DNA of 64,000 nucleotides. It comes from Escherichia coli O157:H7. Its GTDB lineage: Bacteria; Pseudomonadota; Gammaproteobacteria; Enterobacterales; Enterobacteriaceae. The notes beneath the pieces were generated by a model. The model did no database searches. It was not told the origin of the DNA and worked only from the letters and a program-made list of their open reading frames with translations. The stretch lies in the NCBI RefSeq assembly GCF_013167455.1, contig NZ_CP038328.1, one strand, 5' to 3'. A program made the position numbers and the translations under genes. This document shows positions 58,525-64,000 of the stretch, piece after piece; position 1 is the first letter of the stretch; each line of letters starts with the position of its first letter.

Positions 58525-58689
58525 GAGAAAAATGGAGGAATTATGAAACACTATCGGGAATCGTCTGAATGGCGGGCACATTTGCGAGCACGCATCCAGT
58601 AATAACACAGGAAACTATTTTATCTACGCGTTAGCGATAGACTGCTTGCATGGCGAAAGGAGGTAAGCCGACGATTTCAGCGGGACGCT

Positions 58690-58833
58690 GAAACGGGAAA
58701 GCCCCCTCCCGAGGAAGGGGCCATAAATAAGGAAAGGGTCATGATGAAGATACTCATCATCGTGGTGCTCTTAGTGATTAGCTACCCAGCATACTAAGAC
58801 TACCAGGGCGGGGGAAACCCCGCTCTACCCTCA
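58690..58833 (-). ncRNA. Sib-family antisense sRNA (antitoxin), copy 1
   Basis: Minus-strand promoter (-35 TTGACA = plus 58863-58868, 17-bp spacer, -10 TACTTT = plus 58840-58845); transcript spans the ibs ORF antisense and ends at a hairpin near 58700-58722. Coordinates approximate. Confidence 0.5.
58740..58796 (+). CDS. Ibs-family type I toxin peptide, 18 aa (MMKILIIVVLLVISYPAY)
   Basis: ATGATGAAG start after aaagggtc SD-like stretch, TAA stop; IbsB-like sequence. Confidence 0.75.
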
Positions 58834-59018
58834 CTCCTGAAAGTATGCCTTCACGTTCAGAATGTCAATCCGCAGGCTTTGCAGTCTGCGATCCTGCCAG
58901 CAAATATTCTTTGCGAGACGTTACGCAATAATCACAGAGGAAACTATTTTATCCGCAAGTCAGCGATAGACTGAATTCAGGGCGAAAGGAGGTAAGCCGA
59001 CGATTTCAGCGGGACGCT

Positions 59019-59161
59019 GAAACGGGAAAGCCCCTCCCGAGGAAGGGGCCTTAAATAAGGAAAGGGTCATGATGAAGTGGATCATCATCGTGGTGCTCTT
59101 AGTCATAAGCTTCCCGGCTTACTAAGACTACCAGGGCGGGGGAAACCCCGCTCTACCCTCA
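59019..59161 (-). ncRNA. Sib-family antisense sRNA, copy 2
   Basis: Same promoter architecture (TTGACA = plus 59191-59196; -10 TACTTT = plus 59168-59173); antisense to the second ibs ORF. Coordinates approximate. Confidence 0.5.
59069..59125 (+). CDS. Ibs-family type I toxin peptide, 18 aa (MMKWIIIVVLLVISFPAY)
   Basis: Second repeat unit; ATGATGAAG...TAA. Confidence 0.75.
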   Translation: MMKWIIIVVLLVISFPAY

Positions 59162-59346
59162 CTCCTGAAAGTATGCCTTCACGATAAGATTGTCAATCTG
59201 CAGGCTTTGCAGTCTGCGATCCTGCCAGCAAATATTCTTTGCGAGACGTTACGCAATAATCACACTGGAAACTATTTTATCCGCAAGTCAGCGATAGACT
59301 GCATGCATGGCGAAAGGAGGTAAGCCGACGATTTCAGCGGGATGCT

Positions 59347-59495
59347 GAAACGGGAAAGCCCCTCCCGAGGAAGGGGCCTTAAATAAGAAAAGGGTTATGA
59401 TGAAGCACGTCATCATACTGGTGATACTCTTAGTGATTAGCTTCCAGGCTTACTAAGAACACCAGGGGGAGGGGGAAACCTTTCCCTAACCCTCA
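59347..59495 (-). ncRNA. Sib-family antisense sRNA, copy 3 (SibA-like)
   Basis: Promoter TTGACA (plus 59525-59530), 17-bp spacer, -10 TAATTT (plus 59502-59507); antisense to the third ibs ORF. Coordinates approximate. Confidence 0.5.
59397..59456 (+). CDS. ibsA: Ibs-family type I toxin peptide, 19 aa (MMKHVIILVILLVISFQAY), IbsA-like
   Basis: Third repeat unit, nearest yegL as ibsA is in K-12; ATGATGAAG...TAA. Confidence 0.7.
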   Translation: MMKHVIILVILLVISFQAY

Positions 59496-59676
59496 CTCCT
59501 GAAATTATGTCACTCCGCCCTTAGTGTCAATCGACGGCTCTCCGTTCTTGCGAGGCGAATAGCAAAATTTTCTGCGCCGCCGGGCCTAATTCTGAAAGTT
59601 TCTTCGTTTGCTCTTATTTCATTATTGCAATCGGTATGATACCGGACCTCAATAATTCTCTAAGAAAGGATTTCTT

Positions 59677-60336
59677 ATGAGCGAACAAATCACGTTTGCC
59701 ACCAGCGATTTTGCCAGTAACCCGGAACCACGTTGCCCCTGCATTTTGCTGCTGGATGTTTCTGGTTCGATGAACGGTAGACCCATTAATGAACTTAACG
59801 CCGGATTGGTTACCTTTCGCGATGAGCTGCTTGCCGACCCGCTGGCCTTAAAAAGAGTGGAACTTGGTATTGTGACGTTCGGCCCGGTGCATGTGGAACA
59901 ACCCTTTACCAGCGCCGCTAATTTTTTCCCGCCCATCCTGTTTGCCCAGGGGGATACACCAATGGGTGCCGCCATTACCAAAGCCCTGGATATGGTAGAG
60001 GAGCGGAAACGTGAGTATCGTGCAAATGGTATTTCGTATTATCGCCCGTGGATTTTCCTGATCACCGATGGTGCACCAACCGATGAGTGGCAGGCTGCCG
60101 CCAACAAAGTGTTTCAGGGGGAAGAAGATAAGAAGTTTGCCTTCTTTTCCATCGGTGTTCAGGGGGCGGATATTAAGACTCTGGCACAAATCAGCGTTCG
60201 TCAGCCTTTGCCACTGCAGGGATTACAATTCCGTGAACTGTTTAGCTGGTTATCCAGTTCGCTGCGTTCGGTTTCCCGCTCCACGCCGGGAACGGAAGTT
60301 GTGCTGGAAGCGCCAAAAGGCTGGACGTCAGTGTGA
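59677..60336 (+). CDS. yegL: von Willebrand factor A domain protein YegL
   Basis: 219-aa ORF with VWA MIDAS-like start (LLLDVSGSM) and SD aaagga. Confidence 0.8.
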   Translation: MSEQITFATSDFASNPEPRCPCILLLDVSGSMNGRPINELNAGLVTFRDELLADPLALKRVELGIVTFGPVHVEQPFTSAANFFPPILFAQGDTPMGAAITKALDMVEERKREYRANGISYYRPWIFLITDGAPTDEWQAAANKVFQGEEDKKFAFFSIGVQGADIKTLAQISVRQPLPLQGLQFRELFSWLSSSLRSVSRSTPGTEVVLEAPKGWTSV

Positions 60337-61094
60337 GCTGGCGTCTGGTTTATGCATCCGCTGTTGGAACGTCGCACATTAGCGCTGATTTACCTTGTCA
60401 GGATGCCTGCCAGATGCAGGTTGCCTGGCTAAATGACCAGCAGCCATTACTGGTGATGTTCCTTGCTGATGGCGCAGGCAGTGTCTCGCAGGGTGGCGAA
60501 GGCGCGATGCTTGCCATCAATGAAGCGATGGCTTATGTGTCGCAAAAAGTGCAGCACGGTGAATTTGGACTCAATGATATTCTCGCCACGGATATTGTGC
60601 TGACCGTTCGTCAGCGACTTTTTGCCGAGGCGGAAGCTAAAGAATTAGCAGTTCGCGATTTTGCCTGCACGTTTCTGGGATTGATTTCATCGGCTAACGG
60701 CACCTTGATTATGCAGATTGGCGATGGCGGCGTGGTGGTGGATTTTGGTCACGGTCTGCAATTACCGCTTACGCCGATGGTGGGTGAATATGCCAATATG
60801 ACGCATTTCATTACCGATGAAGATGTCGTTTCCAGACTGGAAACTTTCACCAGCACTGAGCGTGCGCATAAAGTTGCAGCATTTACGGATGGTATTCAGC
60901 GACTGGCGTTAAATATGCTGGATAATTCTCCGCATGTGCCTTTCTTTACCCCGTTTTTCAATGGACTGGCGGCAGCAACGCAGGAACAACTCGATTTATT
61001 ACCTGAATTGTTAAAGCAGTTTTTGTCGAGCCCAGCGGTAAACGAGCGTACCGATGATGATAAAACGTTGACACTGGCGCTGTGGTTACCATGA
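60333..61094 (+). CDS. yegK: PP2C-like Ser/Thr protein phosphatase YegK (PphC)
   Basis: 253-aa ORF overlapping the yegL stop; conserved acidic motifs ([12 protein letters not shown]). Confidence 0.8.
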   Translation: MSWRLVYASAVGTSHISADLPCQDACQMQVAWLNDQQPLLVMFLADGAGSVSQGGEGAMLAINEAMAYVSQKVQHGEFGLNDILATDIVLTVRQRLFAEAEAKELAVRDFACTFLGLISSANGTLIMQIGDGGVVVDFGHGLQLPLTPMVGEYANMTHFITDEDVVSRLETFTSTERAHKVAAFTDGIQRLALNMLDNSPHVPFFTPFFNGLAAATQEQLDLLPELLKQFLSSPAVNERTDDDKTLTLALWLP

Positions 61095-63031
61095 AACCCA
61101 CTTTATATACTGCTACTGGTGAGTGCGTTACGCCAGGCCGTGAACTGGGCAAAGGTGGCGAAGGCGCGGTTTATGATATCAATGAGTTTGTCGATAGCGT
61201 CGCCAAGATTTATCACACGCCGCCACCCGCCTTAAAACAGGACAAACTTGCCTTTATGGCTGCGACAGCTGACGCGCAGTTGTTGAATTATGTCGCCTGG
61301 CCGCAGGCAACGCTTCACGGTGGACGAGGCGGAAAAGTTATCGGTTTTATGATGCCAAAAGTTTCTGGTAAAGAACCGATTCATATGATCTATAGCCCGG
61401 CACATCGTCGCCAGAGTTATCCTCATTGTGCGTGGGATTTTCTACTCTATGTTGCGCGCAATATTGCTTCATCTTTTGCTACGGTTCACGAGCACGGGCA
61501 CGTCGTGGGGGACGTAAACCAGAACAGCTTTATGGTAGGTCGCGACAGCAAAGTGGTGTTGATCGATAGTGACTCCTTTCAGATTAACGCCAATGGCACA
61601 CTGCATTTATGCGAAGTCGGCGTGTCGCATTTTACGCCGCCAGAGCTACAAACCTTGCCATCATTTGTCGGTTTTGAACGTACCGCGAATCACGATAATT
61701 TTGGCCTTGCGTTGCTGATTTTTCACGTCTTGTTTGGTGGGCGGCATCCTTATTCTGGTGTGCCGCTTATCTCTGATGCGGGTAATGCGCTGGAGACGGA
61801 TATTGCCCATTTCCGTTATGCCTACGCGTCAGACAACCAGCGACGTGGTTTAAAACCGCCGCCACGATCGATTCCGCTGTCGATGTTACCGGGCGATGTT
61901 GAAGCCATGTTTCAGCAGGCATTCACGGAAAGTGGCGTGGCAACCGCGCGTCCGACGGCAAAAGCGTGGGTAGCGGCACTGGATTTACTACGCCAACAGT
62001 TAAAGAAATGTACCGTTTCGGCAATGCATGTTTACCCCGGTCATTTGACTGACTGCCCGTGGTGTGCGCTGGATAATCAAGGCGTTATCTATTTTATTGA
62101 TCTCGGCGAAGAGGTCATTACCACCAGTGGTGATTTTGTGCTGGCGAAAGTCTGGGCGATGGTGATGGCGTCAGTAGCACCGCCAGCATTGCAATTGCCA
62201 TTACCCGATCATTTCCAACCGACTGGCAGGCCGCTTCCTTTAGGCCTGTTACGGCGCGAATACATCATTCTGATTGAGATCGCACTGTCAGCGTTATCGC
62301 TGTTGCTTTGCGGCCTTCAGGCAGAACCGCGTTATATTATTTTGGTTCCTGTGCTGGCGGCTATCTGGATTATTGGCAGTCTGACAAGCAAAGTTTATAA
62401 AGCAGAAATCCAGCAACGCCGTGAGGCATTTAATCGCGCGAAAATGGACTATGACCATTTAGTCAGCCAGATCCAACAGTTGGGCGGGCTGGAAGGTTTT
62501 ATCGCCAAACGGGCGATGCTCGAAAAAATGAAGGACGAAATTCTCGGGTTACCGGAAGAGGAGAAACGCGCTCTGGCAGCACTTCATGACACTGCAAGGG
62601 AACGGCAGAAGCAGAAGTTTCTGGAGGGATTTTTTATTGATGCTGCCTCTATTCCCGGCGTTGGCCCTGCGCGTAAAGCGGCGTTACGGTCTTTTGGTAT
62701 TGAAACAGCCGCGGATGTTACCCGTCGTGGGGTTAAGCAAGTTAAAGGGTTTGGTGATCATCTGACCCAGGCGGTTATCGACTGGAAAGCGAGCTGTGAA
62801 CGCCGTTTTGTGTTCAGGCCGAACGAAGCGGTAACGCCTGCAGAAAGACAAGCGGTAATGGCGAAAATGGCCGCCAAACGACATCGGCTGGAATCGGCGT
62901 TGACTGTCGGCGCGACAGAGTTGCAGCGATTCCGCCTTCATGCTCCAGCACGGACCATGCCGTTGATGGAACCGTTACGTCAGGCGGCAGAAAAACTGGC
63001 TCAGGCGCAGGCAGATTTAAGCCGCTGCTGA
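61082..63031 (+). CDS. yegI: Hanks-type protein kinase-like protein YegI
   Basis: 649-aa ORF overlapping the yegK stop; N-terminal kinase-like domain (GKGGEGAVY; HGHVVGDVNQNS), C-terminal TM/coiled-coil region. Confidence 0.8.
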   Translation: MVTMKPTLYTATGECVTPGRELGKGGEGAVYDINEFVDSVAKIYHTPPPALKQDKLAFMAATADAQLLNYVAWPQATLHGGRGGKVIGFMMPKVSGKEPIHMIYSPAHRRQSYPHCAWDFLLYVARNIASSFATVHEHGHVVGDVNQNSFMVGRDSKVVLIDSDSFQINANGTLHLCEVGVSHFTPPELQTLPSFVGFERTANHDNFGLALLIFHVLFGGRHPYSGVPLISDAGNALETDIAHFRYAYASDNQRRGLKPPPRSIPLSMLPGDVEAMFQQAFTESGVATARPTAKAWVAALDLLRQQLKKCTVSAMHVYPGHLTDCPWCALDNQGVIYFIDLGEEVITTSGDFVLAKVWAMVMASVAPPALQLPLPDHFQPTGRPLPLGLLRREYIILIEIALSALSLLLCGLQAEPRYIILVPVLAAIWIIGSLTSKVYKAEIQQRREAFNRAKMDYDHLVSQIQQLGGLEGFIAKRAMLEKMKDEILGLPEEEKRALAALHDTARERQKQKFLEGFFIDAASIPGVGPARKAALRSFGIETAADVTRRGVKQVKGFGDHLTQAVIDWKASCERRFVFRPNEAVTPAERQAVMAKMAAKRHRLESALTVGATELQRFRLHAPARTMPLMEPLRQAAEKLAQAQADLSRC

Positions 63032-63043
63032 GCCATTTTTCAA

Positions 63044-64000
63044 TTAACGAAACACCACTTCCGCCCAGCGTGCCAGCCCGGCGGTGACGGAGCCAAAGTC
63101 ATCGCCGCCTGCAATCGGAATGCCCGGCAACTGTTCTGCCAGCGCTTTTTTAATCAGCGGAGAACGGGCGCTTCCGCCGGTCAGGTAGATAACGTCCGGT
63201 TTTTCCTGGGCGTTATCCAGCGCCAGTTGCACCTGTTCCTGAATCCGCGCCAGTGGCTGGCTGAGGGCGCTTTCCAGCCCTTGCTGGCTAATCAGCGTAG
63301 CCAGTTCATCGCTGATAAACGGCAGTGAGGCGCGGGTTTCCGCTACGCTTGAAAGCGCAATTTTGCACTCTTCTGCGCTACGCACCAGGCGATAGCTTAA
63401 ACGCTGACGCCAGACTTTCTGTAGCAGGGCCACTTTTTCCGGTTCGCGGGCATCGCGTACCAGATCGTTAAGCAGACGACCGTTGGCACTACTGTAGAAA
63501 TCACTCTGCGCAGGTACGTCGTTGATGGCAACCGCATTCCACCACGGCAGAATCGGCAGGGCGATGCCTTTTTCGGTTTCGCCACCCATACCCAGCAGTG
63601 GCATCAGGTTTTTAAACGCCAGTGCGATATCCAGATCGTTACCGCCAATACGGCAACCACTGTGACCCAGCAGGCTGGCTTCACGATCGAGACGCGAACG
63701 CCACTGCGGCCCCATCAGCAGCAATGAACAGTCAGTCGTACCACCGCCGATATCCACCACCAGTACCCGTTTTTCTTCCTGTAAGGTGGCTTCGTAATCC
63801 AGCCCAGCCGCTACCGGCTCGTACTGGAATACCACGTCCCTGAATCCGGCACGCTTCGCCGCGCGTTCCAGAATCCCTTGCGCCTGGGCGTTTGCTTCAT
63901 CGCCGCCCAGCCCCTGGAAGTTGATCGGGCGACCAATCACCGCCTGAGTAATCGCTTCTGGCAGCTGCGCTTGCGCCTGCTGGCGAATGTGCAACATCAT
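63044..64000 (-). CDS. yegD: Hsp70/actin-fold ATPase YegD, C-terminal part (5' end beyond window)
   Basis: Minus frame open to the window edge; Hsp70-like motifs (DIGGGTTD, LTGGSARSPLI); convergent with yegI. Confidence 0.8.
   Translation of the reverse strand: MMLHIRQQAQAQLPEAITQAVIGRPINFQGLGGDEANAQAQGILERAAKRAGFRDVVFQYEPVAAGLDYEATLQEEKRVLVVDIGGGTTDCSLLLMGPQWRSRLDREASLLGHSGCRIGGNDLDIALAFKNLMPLLGMGGETEKGIALPILPWWNAVAINDVPAQSDFYSSANGRLLNDLVRDAREPEKVALLQKVWRQRLSYRLVRSAEECKIALSSVAETRASLPFISDELATLISQQGLESALSQPLARIQEQVQLALDNAQEKPDVIYLTGGSARSPLIKKALAEQLPGIPIAGGDDFGSVTAGLARWAEVVFR

Noticed and set aside
58600-59530. Possible CRISPR array because of regularly spaced repeats
   Set aside because: Repeat period is ~330 bp and each unit carries an ORF plus an antisense promoter; there are no short direct repeats with unique spacers and no cas genes. 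Ibs/Sib modules explain it.

Overview
This window reads as an Escherichia coli chromosomal segment, syntenic with the K-12 yegD–yehP region but in reverse-complement orientation; every call rests on reading the ORF translations and motifs and on remembered protein families, with no database search run. Left to right: yehP (5' end), yehM, yehL, a tandem pair of Zor/Orz type I toxin-antitoxin modules, yehK, yehI, two disrupted molR/yehI-family paralogs, metG, mrp, the yehE-yehDCBA fimbrial cluster, rcnB-rcnA/rcnR, an AT-rich islet, the TPP riboswitch with thiMD, yegXWVUT, fbaB, gatYZABCD-gatR, yegS, yegR, cyaR, yegQ, yegP, baeRS-mdtDCBA, three tandem ibs/sib modules, yegL-yegK-yegI and the 3' end of yegD. 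No rRNA, tRNA, CRISPR array, IS element or prophage was seen. The most novel-looking candidates are the AT-rich islet between rcnR and thiM and the co-oriented molR/yehI–yehLMP block; the Zor/Orz and Ibs/Sib modules are known families in strain-specific copy number. Several features differ from what I recall of K-12 (zor-orz present, third ibs/sib copy, third RcnR box, intact gatR, no P2 remnant near cyaR), so the source is probably a non-K-12 strain; these comparisons are from memory and need alignment to confirm.
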